NCBI GenBank assembly: GCA_000165345.1
Contig: CM000435.1
Span: forward strand, 768,001-832,000
DNA: 64,000 bases
Direction of reading: 5' to 3'
A program made the translations under genes and the position numbers. Every line of letters starts with the position of its first letter. Within the stretch, counting starts at the first letter, position 1. Shown here one piece after another: positions 31,376-41,586 of the stretch. The notes beneath the pieces were generated by a model. It did no database searches. It worked only from the letters and a program-made list of their open reading frames with translations, and had not been told where the DNA came from.

Positions 31376-32923
31376 TTATTCATCTATAGCCTCAGTTAAA
31401 ATATCCAAGTACTTCAGTTTTGTTGAAATGTTATCCATTGGACCAGATTGGAATTGGCTAATATTTCCCTCATTTATAAGTCCCAATGGATTATTTGTTA
31501 TCCTTGGCTCAAGCAGGGAAATAAGTTCTGTTCTTGCAGCATTAATATCACTAGTTCCCGTTGAACTGGGATGCAGGCTATTATTAATCAAATCAGAAGA
31601 GCAGTTTCTTTCGTGGATATAGTTATTTGGTTTATCGAACGGTCTAAAATATGGTGGGATGCTCTTATTTTGTTCTAAAGAATGCTGTTGAGACTTAATT
31701 CCCTCCCTTGGCTTTGGAAATGGTGGCAAATCTTTCGTCTCAAAGTACGTGTTCCTAGGAGCATACGTTATTTTAGAAAAACTAGGCAAGTTTGCAAGAT
31801 AATGAGGTTGGGTTGCAAACGAAGTTGAACTACTGCTAATCGAAGCTCCTGAACCCTGAATTGTAACATAAGCAACATCCTCAAGCCCACCAATTGTCTT
31901 ATATGCTGAGTCATTATGCATTAGGCCACCATGATTTATTGGCCTAAATGATGACATCCCGGGGCCACGGACTACACCGCAATTAGTTTTTCGTTTGAAT
32001 AAAGGAGAATAACAAGAGCTCCAAATCCTCCAAAACCCTCTTGCAAGAAGCATTGTACGATATCTTCTTTGAAGAAGTTCGAAAAAGCGGTTTATATTCA
32101 TTGATCCTGAAGTCTCATGTATACCTTGGTCATTTGTAAATGAACTCGAATTTGGAGCCCCATCAGATATTTGATGCGACGATCTATTGGTTGTTAGTCT
32201 CCATGTAATGAATGCCAACAGCTTTCGCCTCTGGAATGCTGAGTGCATACAGTGAATTAAACTCCATAGATGCCTTGTTACGAGTTCGACATTTAGCGCA
32301 ATACAACTACTTGTTTCAGACTCTGAATCTGATTCTGTTTCTAGTTCGCTGTTCGAAACGCTATCAGCTTCATTTTCTCTAATCGGTTCATTGTTGGATC
32401 CTGATCTGGGTTGTGTTTGGCTTCTTCTCTTTGACGGCTTGTTTACTATCTTTTCTAATTTTGTTGCCTTATAGTTTTGAGCTAGCTCAAGTTGCAAATT
32501 TTTGATTTGCGAAGATAACCTTTCATTTTCTGCTAGTAGAAGCAATTGTTCCTGACGAAATAGGCGAAGTTGGGTTTCATTATAGTGGTATTGCGCAGAC
32601 CTATCCTCACCAATCTTTTTTGCGTATGCAATATCTCCGAATGCAAATTTATATAGACTCCTAAATGCCCACCTTAAATTTGATGTGTTAACGGAGTTAG
32701 AACTCGTCATTCCAGATAAGATTTCGAGAGCCCTTCCCTTGCAAAGTGCTACATGAGTTAGTGCTCTTGCGGCAGATAATGGAATAGTTTCTTCATGCAA
32801 TCTTTTCACTTCACTTTCAAGCTCTGCCTCTGCAGAAATGCGTTTTTGCAGCTCATCCTGTAGTTGCTTGACATTTTGTCTTAGCTTTTTAAATTCAGCA
32901 TACTCTTCATTCCTTGTGTCCAT
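31376..32923 (-). CDS. hypothetical coiled-coil protein with IQ-like motifs
   Basis: The track start is GTG (32941); the first ATG is at 32923. N-terminal coiled coil, a Ser/Glu-rich acidic stretch and IQ-like basic motifs (FQRRKLLAFITWRL; LQRRYRTMLLARGFWRIW). Confidence 0.45.
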   Translation of the reverse strand: MDTRNEEYAEFKKLRQNVKQLQDELQKRISAEAELESEVKRLHEETIPLSAARALTHVALCKGRALEILSGMTSSNSVNTSNLRWAFRSLYKFAFGDIAYAKKIGEDRSAQYHYNETQLRLFRQEQLLLLAENERLSSQIKNLQLELAQNYKATKLEKIVNKPSKRRSQTQPRSGSNNEPIRENEADSVSNSELETESDSESETSSCIALNVELVTRHLWSLIHCMHSAFQRRKLLAFITWRLTTNRSSHQISDGAPNSSSFTNDQGIHETSGSMNINRFFELLQRRYRTMLLARGFWRIWSSCYSPLFKRKTNCGVVRGPGMSSFRPINHGGLMHNDSAYKTIGGLEDVAYVTIQGSGASISSSSTSFATQPHYLANLPSFSKITYAPRNTYFETKDLPPFPKPREGIKSQQHSLEQNKSIPPYFRPFDKPNNYIHERNCSSDLINNSLHPSSTGTSDINAARTELISLLEPRITNNPLGLINEGNISQFQSGPMDNISTKLKYLDILTEAIDE

Positions 32924-33229
32924 TTTACCAAGAGTATTCACACTTCATTTTATTTGTTTACCGTTACCCTGAAAGTTATATAAAATTATAATTTAATCCA
33001 CATAATTATGCGCGCCAGCAATATTTAGTTCCAAACATAAACCATAAGAATTCTATATATCATACGACACTATTACTATAGTTATACCCTGATAAATAAT
33101 ATTCGCCTATTTTGTTCCGAATTACATAGAATTATTCATCTGCACCCTCATTGATAATAAGTGTCTCATCATTAAGCCTTTTATTTAGAATCTTTATGTT
33201 TATCTCTTTTATAGGTTAAAAAAAAATTA

Positions 33230-33237
33230 TGGCGCGG
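33230..33237. promoter_or_regulatory. TGGCGCGG E2F-like motif about 35 nt upstream of the LTV1 ATG
   Basis: GGCGC core within an AT-rich spacer. A second TGCGCGCCAG lies at 33009..33018. Confidence 0.3.
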
Positions 33238-33271
33238 ATGTCAATTTTGAAATTATTTTCTCTCTTTTTCA

Positions 33272-34720
33272 ATGGGTAAAAGAAACAATAAAAACGTAGT
33301 AAAACTCAGACTTCTTTCATCAGCGAATGGAGTAGATGGGTCATCTCCAAGATGGGCTCCTGTTTCTAATCGAGAGTTTACTCATGATGAAAAACAAGGA
33401 ATAAGAAAAATAATTGGAAATGTATATTTCCATGATGAACTTAACGATATAAATTTTGAACTAAAAAATCTTGAGAGTAAAACATCTGTACAAAAAAATA
33501 AAATAAATAACGACTTTAACACGGATGTTTTTAAAGATAACTACTTCCCGGATGATGGGTATGATTATGAACAACATCTTTGTACAATTAAAAAAGATGG
33601 TAATTACATGAATTCAACTCTTAAACATAAAACAAATCTTGACCCAAAGTCGTTATTGTTTAACTCAACTTCAATACTCTCTAATTCAGAGATAGAAATT
33701 CATAAAGGCGATTTTTTATCTGAGTTAGTTGAACTTGTAAATTGCTTAGAAGAGCCGGATGATTTTGAAGAACTTAATGATGATTTTATATTGGACATGA
33801 CTGGTCTAAAGAATAAGTGCGAACTTGATAAGAATATTGACATGAATGATATACTATGGGGAGGAGGAAAATTAAATTCAAGCCTCAAAGATGATATCCA
33901 AAGATTAAATAGTGAATTTAATCAATCAGAATTGATAACTCAAAACTTCGATAGTTCGTCTGTTTTTTCCGAAGAAAATTACAATAATGAAAACGATAAT
34001 GACTCACTTGAAAATTTATTAAATGAATACAATGATAATATCGCTGTCTTGGATGAAGATACAAACGAATCTAGTTTAATTGAATTTAATAAAAAGTTGG
34101 ATGTTTCGGAATATGAACATATTTTGGATAGATATATTAATCAAGTTAAAATTAGAAATTCTGCTAAGAGCAAACCGGAGAAAAGTTACGGTGAGATTGG
34201 TATGCCACTTGATAAAGCCCAAGTAGAAAAAATTATCTCTATATTAGAAAGTACTGAAATCTATGATAATTCATCTGAAGCTACACTTTCTGATATTTCA
34301 GACTTTGAGAGCATTGAAAAAATAAGTGAGAGTTTTTCCCAAGCTAGTTTTGAAGTCATTAATAAGCCAAAAAAAGTAGATATATTAAGCTATTATTCAA
34401 GTTTAAACTCGAAAGGCCAAACAAATTGCCCAACGCCAACTCGACAAAATTTTTTTTTTGAGAACGAAGAGTACAGCCATAATCAACACAACAATTTAAG
34501 AGCACCAATTGTTGCATCTCTGCCCTTAAGAAAAAAAGATGAAACTCCTGAGGATCGAAGGAACAGGAAACAAGCAGTGAAACAAGCTAAGAGAGAAATG
34601 CGTGATTTAAAAAGAAAAAATAAGCAGGATACCAAAAACATAAAGAAGTCAGTTGTTAGAAACCTTATAAATTCAAATAACAATGATATTAAAAGTGGTG
34701 TTAGGTATTTCAGGTTTTAG
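33272..34720 (+). CDS. LTV1: LTV1 ribosome-biogenesis factor homolog
   Basis: 482 aa. Acidic middle region. The conserved C-terminal motif ETPEDRRNRKQAVKQAKREMRDLKRKNKQ matches the LTV1 C-terminus (ETxEExKxRKxxVKxERRExRxxKK). Confidence 0.6.
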   Translation: MGKRNNKNVVKLRLLSSANGVDGSSPRWAPVSNREFTHDEKQGIRKIIGNVYFHDELNDINFELKNLESKTSVQKNKINNDFNTDVFKDNYFPDDGYDYEQHLCTIKKDGNYMNSTLKHKTNLDPKSLLFNSTSILSNSEIEIHKGDFLSELVELVNCLEEPDDFEELNDDFILDMTGLKNKCELDKNIDMNDILWGGGKLNSSLKDDIQRLNSEFNQSELITQNFDSSSVFSEENYNNENDNDSLENLLNEYNDNIAVLDEDTNESSLIEFNKKLDVSEYEHILDRYINQVKIRNSAKSKPEKSYGEIGMPLDKAQVEKIISILESTEIYDNSSEATLSDISDFESIEKISESFSQASFEVINKPKKVDILSYYSSLNSKGQTNCPTPTRQNFFFENEEYSHNQHNNLRAPIVASLPLRKKDETPEDRRNRKQAVKQAKREMRDLKRKNKQDTKNIKKSVVRNLINSNNNDIKSGVRYFRF

Positions 34721-34803
34721 GTATTTGAAATATTAGGAATTCTCCCTCTTTTTTTTTTATACTGAACGCGCTGTTTATTATTATTTTTCTATTCAAATTA
34801 AAA

Positions 34804-35400
34804 ATGAAAATAAGCTTTCGCTGGATTTTGTTGAGCTTGATTGTAGCAATGGATATATATTGCCAGTCTGTGCTCATTGGCTGTCAAATTGAAAATAATG
34901 TATCGAATTATAACAACAGTAATTATTTGCTGGGCGCAAGTGGGAACATAAAGGATTGCATTCCAAACCACCCTTACATGCGATCATTTTTCCAGATTAA
35001 TATAATTAAAAATAGCTTAGACTTAGAAAGCTTCGGAAGATCATTATATGTGTCGTTTGAATCCTCAAATGAGATTAGTTATTTTTTAATGGTTTCAGCT
35101 GGGATGTTTGCTGTTGCGGAAAGAATTTTACTAACGTTTTTTATTTTACGAATAATTATCAGACTATTTGTAACTCCAATAATAAAGACGCTATCTACAG
35201 TATTAATTATCATTGTTATATTAAGAGTAATGTTTGCTATTTATAACCTTTCAGAAAGCTACAGACTATATGAGACTACAGTTATTCTTTGGAATTCATT
35301 GCAAAGTTTATTTTTCTTAATAGACAACAAAATATATAATTACGGTGATTATCTACTGCAATACTTTGGAATGAGTACTAATCAAACACTAGCTTTTTGA
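34804..35400 (+). CDS. hypothetical multi-pass membrane protein
   Basis: 198 aa with a signal-like N-terminus plus 3-4 hydrophobic helices; no family assigned. Confidence 0.4.
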   Translation: MKISFRWILLSLIVAMDIYCQSVLIGCQIENNVSNYNNSNYLLGASGNIKDCIPNHPYMRSFFQINIIKNSLDLESFGRSLYVSFESSNEISYFLMVSAGMFAVAERILLTFFILRIIIRLFVTPIIKTLSTVLIIIVILRVMFAIYNLSESYRLYETTVILWNSLQSLFFLIDNKIYNYGDYLLQYFGMSTNQTLAF

Positions 35401-35420
35401 TACATAAAACTAGCAATATA

Positions 35421-37295
35421 CTATATTATTTGAGGAATATTTATTTTCGGTAGCACAAATAAAGAATGGCTTTCGCGTTCTGATTCAGAATTTAACAGTT
35501 CTAAGCAAGTTTTGTGATACCACCTCCCACGTACTAGTGTTGATTTAGACGTATATCTAAACTCATCTAAATCAAAATAATGTGTATTAACAGTGGATTC
35601 AGTAGAAACAGGCAATGCACAAACTCCGCATAAGGGGGTATTTGAGTGTATAATTGGATTTTTGCTGCTTTCAGTGCTTTCAATCGAAATTTTTTCCACA
35701 GTTTTATTTATATCCCCAGTAATAAATGAAGAGGCGGCATCTATACCGCATAATCTAGACTGTTGATAATTCACGAAGTCCCACTCAATAGAGTAATTAG
35801 AAGGATATCCAAGAGTGCCCTCAACAATTGCTCTCGTTGCATGCGTGAATGATGAAATACCTGAATTTGTTCCGGAAAAATTGTTAACTGGAATAAATCT
35901 TTTCCAAGAAACAGGGCTTGCAGTTGGAAGATCCAAAAGAATCAATATATCACGAATTCTACCAGTTATAATACAAAGTTTGTGTAACAAAGGATGCAAT
36001 GTCGCGCATGTACTCCAATATTCATCCAATGTATCAAACAAAGAAATTAAAAGCGAATTCCTTTCTCCATTGAAGTAATTAGAAGTCTCTTGATCTAGAT
36101 TGGATGGCCACTCAAATGCGTGGGATTCACTTTTTCGATTTAAAATATCACGTCTCAAAGCTTCCAACGTTGTACCATATTTGTGTTCTACTATATTTGA
36201 TAATTCTATTTTTGAAGAAGGAACTAAAATGGAAGCAATCGTAACAATTCTCCAACTTGCGTTAAGTAGTTCATAAAGATCTTCAAAAACTTTCAAGAAA
36301 TTGGGATGTATAAGTTTACCTTTAACATATTTTCCAAAAGTAGTCAAACTTACACTATCATCTATTAATTTAGTAAATTGCCCCAGAATGTACAGTTTAT
36401 TTGAGAGACTAATAATCAAATTGTTTATCAATGGCAATAATCCATTTAGGAACTTTCTAGTGTTCCCAACTGAAATTGATAGAATAGAGTTACACCAAAT
36501 TGTTCCCATTCTTTGTAGCCTGGTTAATTTAATAATGTATTTACCAACTGTTGGTAGTAACCTCTTAATTGCCTTAAGGGAATTCAATTTCTCCTTATTA
36601 TCGCTTAATTTTTTAATAATTTGAAATTTGTATCCAACTGCTTGTCCAAACTTAGTTTCAATTGTATAGGTATTTTTTATTTTGTCCAAAAGATTCTGTA
36701 GTTTAGCTTCATATTTCACAGATGGTTCTACTACAACTTGTTGAAGAAATGCAAACGCAAATGCATGCCCAACACACTGATTTACATCAGGAACAACCAT
36801 AATTGATTTTTCCATTCGATTTAATAACCTTTCAGACCAAGAAAGGCAGCCAACATAGTTTGTCTGTATCCAATCCCTAGTTTGGATTTTTGTTTCCACT
36901 ATTTCTCCCAACCAATGTAAATGCTTTGAAAATTTATTGTTATCCCAATGAGATTGTCTTGCATCTTGAAAGCGTAAATGTTGAACTTTTTCTGAAAGAC
37001 TATCAAATTCATTGAGTTGTTTAATCAAGTTTTTCCTTTTTTCACTTGTATCCACAAAACTAACTCCCTTATTATGGCCATATTGAACGTTTCCCTCTGA
37101 ATTTTCAATAAATTGATCAAGAGTAGTAATAAGATGATTGTAGCAATACCAAGAGTATGAATAAAGCTGAGATTTGCAAAGTTTCGTCATAATATAAATA
37201 ACTTGTAGTATTTCCTCAATCGAGCTATCCGGAATTCCCCACTCAGTTGGGTTTTGGACGGAAGAGCAGCTGTATACTTCTGTAAAATTTTGCAT
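35421..37295 (-). CDS. hypothetical protein with C-terminal Cys/His cluster
   Basis: 624-aa ORF with a true ATG. C-terminal zinc-finger-like spacing (…PLCGVCALPV…RGRWYHKTCLELL). The rest is alpha-helical and unassigned. Confidence 0.45.
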   Translation of the reverse strand: MQNFTEVYSCSSVQNPTEWGIPDSSIEEILQVIYIMTKLCKSQLYSYSWYCYNHLITTLDQFIENSEGNVQYGHNKGVSFVDTSEKRKNLIKQLNEFDSLSEKVQHLRFQDARQSHWDNNKFSKHLHWLGEIVETKIQTRDWIQTNYVGCLSWSERLLNRMEKSIMVVPDVNQCVGHAFAFAFLQQVVVEPSVKYEAKLQNLLDKIKNTYTIETKFGQAVGYKFQIIKKLSDNKEKLNSLKAIKRLLPTVGKYIIKLTRLQRMGTIWCNSILSISVGNTRKFLNGLLPLINNLIISLSNKLYILGQFTKLIDDSVSLTTFGKYVKGKLIHPNFLKVFEDLYELLNASWRIVTIASILVPSSKIELSNIVEHKYGTTLEALRRDILNRKSESHAFEWPSNLDQETSNYFNGERNSLLISLFDTLDEYWSTCATLHPLLHKLCIITGRIRDILILLDLPTASPVSWKRFIPVNNFSGTNSGISSFTHATRAIVEGTLGYPSNYSIEWDFVNYQQSRLCGIDAASSFITGDINKTVEKISIESTESSKNPIIHSNTPLCGVCALPVSTESTVNTHYFDLDEFRYTSKSTLVRGRWYHKTCLELLNSESERESHSLFVLPKINIPQII

Positions 37296-37407
37296 TTAAT
37301 TTACGCAATTTTGACTTAATCTAACATCGTAGATAAGCGAGATGAAAATATTTATTTCTCGAGAATTTATTTGTGCGCCATAATTCTAATTTATTACATG
37401 CGAAATT

Positions 37408-37790
37408 ATGAGAATAGTGTTATTCGCATTTTTAATAGTACATTTTATACTTAAGACTTTTGCAGCAAAATCTTGCGAAGAACTCACATCTAATACATTT
37501 GTATTAAATTATTGCAAAAATGGATCAAAATGCACGATTGATAATATTGGTGGAGAAGGAATTAATAATCAGCTAAATTGCGAATGTTTGGTTGGATATA
37601 GCCTATCTGACTGTTCTCTTCGTAAGTTTAAATAAAATAATAATTGGAAATGGCTAATTTGCTGATAGAAATCCCTGAAACTGATGATAAAGATGATAAT
37701 ACTACAAAAAATACATGTTGGATACAGGACTTATTACAATTGAATCAAGAATTCAACAACTTTTCAATATTCAAACATATCTTTCAGTAA
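37408..37790 (+). CDS. small secreted EGF-like domain protein; possible second exon (37408..37621 joined to 37669..37790)
   Basis: Signal peptide MRIVLFAFLIVHFILKTFA followed by a six-cysteine EGF-like module (C…CKNGSKC…NCECLVGYSLSDC). The track ORF stops at 37635. GTAAGT lies at 37622 and the acceptor TGCTGATAG at 37668. The downstream frame stays open for 40 codons to TAA at 37788..37790. Confidence 0.45.
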
Positions 37791-37824
37791 ATTATAAACA
37801 TAAACATTAAGTTGAAAACATTAA

Positions 37825-39786
37825 CTAATTTTCAAACTTAGTTTGGCTATTTTCGAATTTACTAACTAAATTAATATAAGTTTTAATTTGATCAGCCCTT
37901 TCTCTTGCCATCATAAATGCCCTCCTTGATAAATCCTTTCCATCAGAAATCCTCCCCATTTCTTCTTTCATAATCAAATTCAACCAATATGCCTTTGTGC
38001 GCATGAAAAATTCGCGTATTGATTCATTAACAAATGGGGTTTTGTTTGAATCATCTAATTGATATTTTTTTATAACGTCTTCAATAGCTTTTCTAGATAA
38101 TTCGTTTTGTTCGTTCTCGCTTAACTCGTATTCCTGTTCACTAAAATCGCTTTCTTCCCCTAAATAACAACTTTCATTCGATGAGCTAAAATATTCTGAA
38201 GATATATTACTCTCTGTGTCAGAGTCGGAATCAACCCATTCCTGTGATTTTACACTTAATGGGAGCACACATACCCACTCGTCTTTTTTCAAAATGTTAA
38301 AACACCAACAATCGTCTAATGTAATATTCCTTTTACCTGATTCAAATAATCCGCCATAAATATAAATAACATTTCCTCTCAAAAACATTCCACAATTAAT
38401 TCGTGGAAGTGGCAAGTCAATTGATTCATTTTCAAATTTTATTTCAGAATTACTTACTTTTCTTTCTCCTAACTCATCATTGGGCAGGTTACTATTTAAA
38501 GAGTTTTGCTGTTCTAAACCAAACTTTGATAATTTTCCTTTAACTCTTAAATGCTTATCAGATGAATCAATATCCTTTGTATTATTTATATTTCTTGCCT
38601 CATCTTTCTTGTGGGTGCTAATGTCTGCGAAATTTGAGTTTGCATTAGGCTGATTATCGCCAAAAAATTCCTGTTTAATTTTATGTTTGGAAAGCTCAAT
38701 TTCGTACCACCTTTTATTATTCACTTCAAACACATATAAATCATTATAAAAGGTAGAATTGAGATTCAACCCGAGCTCATCATCATGATCAAATACACCA
38801 CCAAAGATTATGCATTGATTTTTATATCCAATAATCGTGGAACCAGATCTTGCAGATGGCGGATTCCCTTTCTTGGATACCCTTTCCCAGATTGGAAGTC
38901 CTTGATTTAAAAATGGCTTCATATCAATAAACCAACTATCAGAGTGAGTTTTCCCAACAGAATTTTTTGAGTTATCTTTAATTTTTGAATATCCTCCATA
39001 AATGAAAATGCGATCACTGTTTGGGCAGAGAACCATTTGAACGCCACTCCTTGGTGATGGGCAAGATTCATATTTCGATGAATCAATTCTGACCCAATGC
39101 AATGTTTTTGTATCAAAAACATGGATATCGTTAAAGTATCGTGTTTCTCTTATTGTATCATGGAATCCTCCAAAAACTACAAAGTAATGTCTCCAAACAA
39201 CCATTCTATGGCCACTCCTTGGAGTAGGGCTGAGCCCTGTAGTCTTAACTTCCTGCCATGAATAGTTCTTTAAATTAAGCCGCCATAAATCTCTAAAGTG
39301 GTAAAACTGATTTTCAGTAGAATACTCTCCACCATGAATATATAAGCACTCATTAAAGATAACTGCCTGGTGAGAACACCTGGGTTTAGGACCGCCAGAA
39401 TAATTGTTTGATGATTTCACATTACCTATTACAACTTGCCTCCATTCATCTTTATCAATATTCCATTTATATAGGTCATGAAAGCACTTAACCTCCTTTC
39501 CATCATAGTACTCACCGCCAAAAATAATTACTTCTCCAGATATTGGGTGAATATTGTATGAAGAAGAGATTCTTGGACTTGGCCTTTCTGATTGAATAAT
39601 ACTGCATTGAATCTCAAGATCATCACCTCCGGAATTTAGGTCAAAACCTTCCACAGTTTTAATTATATCATCTATACCATCTCGTTTAAGCTCTTTTAAG
39701 TGCTTATTCTGTGACTTACAAAGTTGTTTTTCCCTCTTCTCCGCTGCTTTTTTTAGCTTTACATCAGATTTTTTTTTTTTCACCAT
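37825..39786 (-). CDS. kelch domain-containing protein 4 (KLHDC4) homolog
   Basis: 653 aa. Lys-rich N-terminus, then kelch repeats with runs matching KLHDC4 (…IIFGGEYYDGKEVKCFHDLYKWNIDKDEWRQV…PRCSHQAVI…GGEYSTENQFYHFRDLWRLNLKNYSWQEVKTTGLSPTPRSGHRMVVW…FGGFHDTIRETRYFNDIHVFD…HSDSWFID). Acidic C-terminus. Confidence 0.75.
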   Translation of the reverse strand: MVKKKKSDVKLKKAAEKREKQLCKSQNKHLKELKRDGIDDIIKTVEGFDLNSGGDDLEIQCSIIQSERPSPRISSSYNIHPISGEVIIFGGEYYDGKEVKCFHDLYKWNIDKDEWRQVVIGNVKSSNNYSGGPKPRCSHQAVIFNECLYIHGGEYSTENQFYHFRDLWRLNLKNYSWQEVKTTGLSPTPRSGHRMVVWRHYFVVFGGFHDTIRETRYFNDIHVFDTKTLHWVRIDSSKYESCPSPRSGVQMVLCPNSDRIFIYGGYSKIKDNSKNSVGKTHSDSWFIDMKPFLNQGLPIWERVSKKGNPPSARSGSTIIGYKNQCIIFGGVFDHDDELGLNLNSTFYNDLYVFEVNNKRWYEIELSKHKIKQEFFGDNQPNANSNFADISTHKKDEARNINNTKDIDSSDKHLRVKGKLSKFGLEQQNSLNSNLPNDELGERKVSNSEIKFENESIDLPLPRINCGMFLRGNVIYIYGGLFESGKRNITLDDCWCFNILKKDEWVCVLPLSVKSQEWVDSDSDTESNISSEYFSSSNESCYLGEESDFSEQEYELSENEQNELSRKAIEDVIKKYQLDDSNKTPFVNESIREFFMRTKAYWLNLIMKEEMGRISDGKDLSRRAFMMARERADQIKTYINLVSKFENSQTKFEN

Positions 39787-39805
39787 TTTATCTAATCATA
39801 ATATT

Positions 39806-39813
39806 TTTGGCGC
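39806..39813. promoter_or_regulatory. TTTGGCGC E2F-consensus site in the 105-bp divergent spacer between the KLHDC4-like and MPP10 genes
   Basis: An exact TTTSGCGC match in an otherwise >80% A+T spacer. Confidence 0.35.
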
Positions 39814-39891
39814 TACTATTTTTTTGTATAAAAAGGTAGATTTAGCGTAAATTCTAAGTCAAAAAATACAGGTACTCGAATTTTTCAAATA

Positions 39892-41547
39892 ATGGAGGAA
39901 ATTAATCTTTTTTTAAAATTTTTTGAAAATGGTCCAGTTAATTTACAAGAAATTAGCCATGAAAGCAGCAAAATGAAAAAAATAATTTTTTCTATTTTCA
40001 AAATTGTAATTACGGATTTAGATAAAAAGGCATTGATAGATGGTTTGATTAACAAATTTGAAATTGATAACTCTTCTCTCTGGAACTCATTTGAATTAAT
40101 TCTTAGACCTGAACTAAAAAAACTTAACTTTAATATTGAGAATATTGTCAAAAAGGTTGAATTTGAGCTATATAACTCAAACAGTATAACCTACTTAAAT
40201 AAAACTTTTAAGAAAGCTCTGCTATTTGGTGATAAAGAAAATATCACTAAAAAAAATTCAAAAAAATTTATAGATCAAACTAAAAGTAGTGAGCAAGCTT
40301 TAACTAATAATAAATCTTCAATTCAAGGCATTGAAAACATTGATTTTTTTGATTACGATGAAATGGTTAAATTTGTCGATGAAGGAGTTAAAAATCCGAA
40401 CTTCGAATACAGTGAAAGCGATATTTCTGACTTCAGTGATCCTAGTGGTGTTGATGATGCCTCTAATTTAAAATATGACGATTTTTTCTTAGATACGAAA
40501 AGTAATGATGAATCCGTTATTGAAAACTCTTTAAAAGATTACGAAATAGATGGTTTTAGTCCATCTGAGTCTGAAATAGTCTTGAACAAAAATAAATTAA
40601 GTGAAAATTTGATCAATATCACGCAATTTCCTAATACGAAATTAGATCATATGTCTAAATTAAGTCTAGATAAAAATAAAATGGATATGATAATAGATGA
40701 GTTTGAAGCAAACATTATTAAAGAGAAAGAATGGTATAAATTAGGTGAAACTTCAATAACAGATAGAGAAAAAAATAGCTTGCTTGACATACATTTAGAA
40801 GTACCTCAATTTTCAAGTGCAAATAATTCAGTAAAATATATTGATGGACTAAGTAATGAAATAATTTCAAATGACAAATCTAAAGTAGAAGATATTAATC
40901 CATATTTAGAGAGTATCGTTAGGCAAAGGATATTAAATGATTTGTTCGATGATGTGAAACCAAAAATCGAATTGCTAAAGGAATTTGATAGAGAAAATAA
41001 AAATGAAGGTACAGAAATACAGACCGAAAAGTCAAAACTAAGCTTAGCAGAAATTTACTCAAAAAAATATGAAGAACAAATAATTGGCAATATAAACGAC
41101 GAGCACTCTGATGAAAAAAAACAACTTTCAGAACTCTTTACTGAAATAATGCGTAAATTAGATAACCTGTCAAATCAGTATTATGCCACAAATTTACCAA
41201 TTCTTAGGGATTCTATTTTAAATGAAAACACTCCAGCGCTTAAGACTGAAGATTCTATTCCAGTAATTATTTCGAACAGCACAAGACTAGCCCCACAAGA
41301 AATAAAACCTCAAGGAAGACTTTTGAAAAGATCTGAAATGACGCGTCTGGAAAAAAGATCAGATCGTAATTCTATTAAAAGGAAGATAAAGAAAAGAAAA
41401 GAATTAGGCTCTGATTCGAAGATAGATGCGAAATTAAGCAGTAAAATAAAGGGCAAATCGCTAAATAAAAGAGGAAAATTAGTTATTGAGCCTCATGAGC
41501 ATGAGTCATTCAACAAACGCTTTAAATCACATCATTTTATTTCATAA
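39892..41547 (+). CDS. MPP10: U3 snoRNP protein MPP10 homolog
   Basis: 551 aa, acidic. Conserved Mpp10 block: LESIVRQRILNDLFDDV…EKSKLSLAEIYSKKYEE…ELFTEIMRKLDNLSNQYYATNLP (compare …EKSKLSLAEIYEQEY…LFLKLDALSNFHFIPKP), followed by a Lys/Arg-rich tail. Confidence 0.65.
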   Translation: MEEINLFLKFFENGPVNLQEISHESSKMKKIIFSIFKIVITDLDKKALIDGLINKFEIDNSSLWNSFELILRPELKKLNFNIENIVKKVEFELYNSNSITYLNKTFKKALLFGDKENITKKNSKKFIDQTKSSEQALTNNKSSIQGIENIDFFDYDEMVKFVDEGVKNPNFEYSESDISDFSDPSGVDDASNLKYDDFFLDTKSNDESVIENSLKDYEIDGFSPSESEIVLNKNKLSENLINITQFPNTKLDHMSKLSLDKNKMDMIIDEFEANIIKEKEWYKLGETSITDREKNSLLDIHLEVPQFSSANNSVKYIDGLSNEIISNDKSKVEDINPYLESIVRQRILNDLFDDVKPKIELLKEFDRENKNEGTEIQTEKSKLSLAEIYSKKYEEQIIGNINDEHSDEKKQLSELFTEIMRKLDNLSNQYYATNLPILRDSILNENTPALKTEDSIPVIISNSTRLAPQEIKPQGRLLKRSEMTRLEKRSDRNSIKRKIKKRKELGSDSKIDAKLSSKIKGKSLNKRGKLVIEPHEHESFNKRFKSHHFIS

Positions 41548-41586
41548 TCTAATAAATTATAGCAGATATAAATTTTAATTTTTCTT

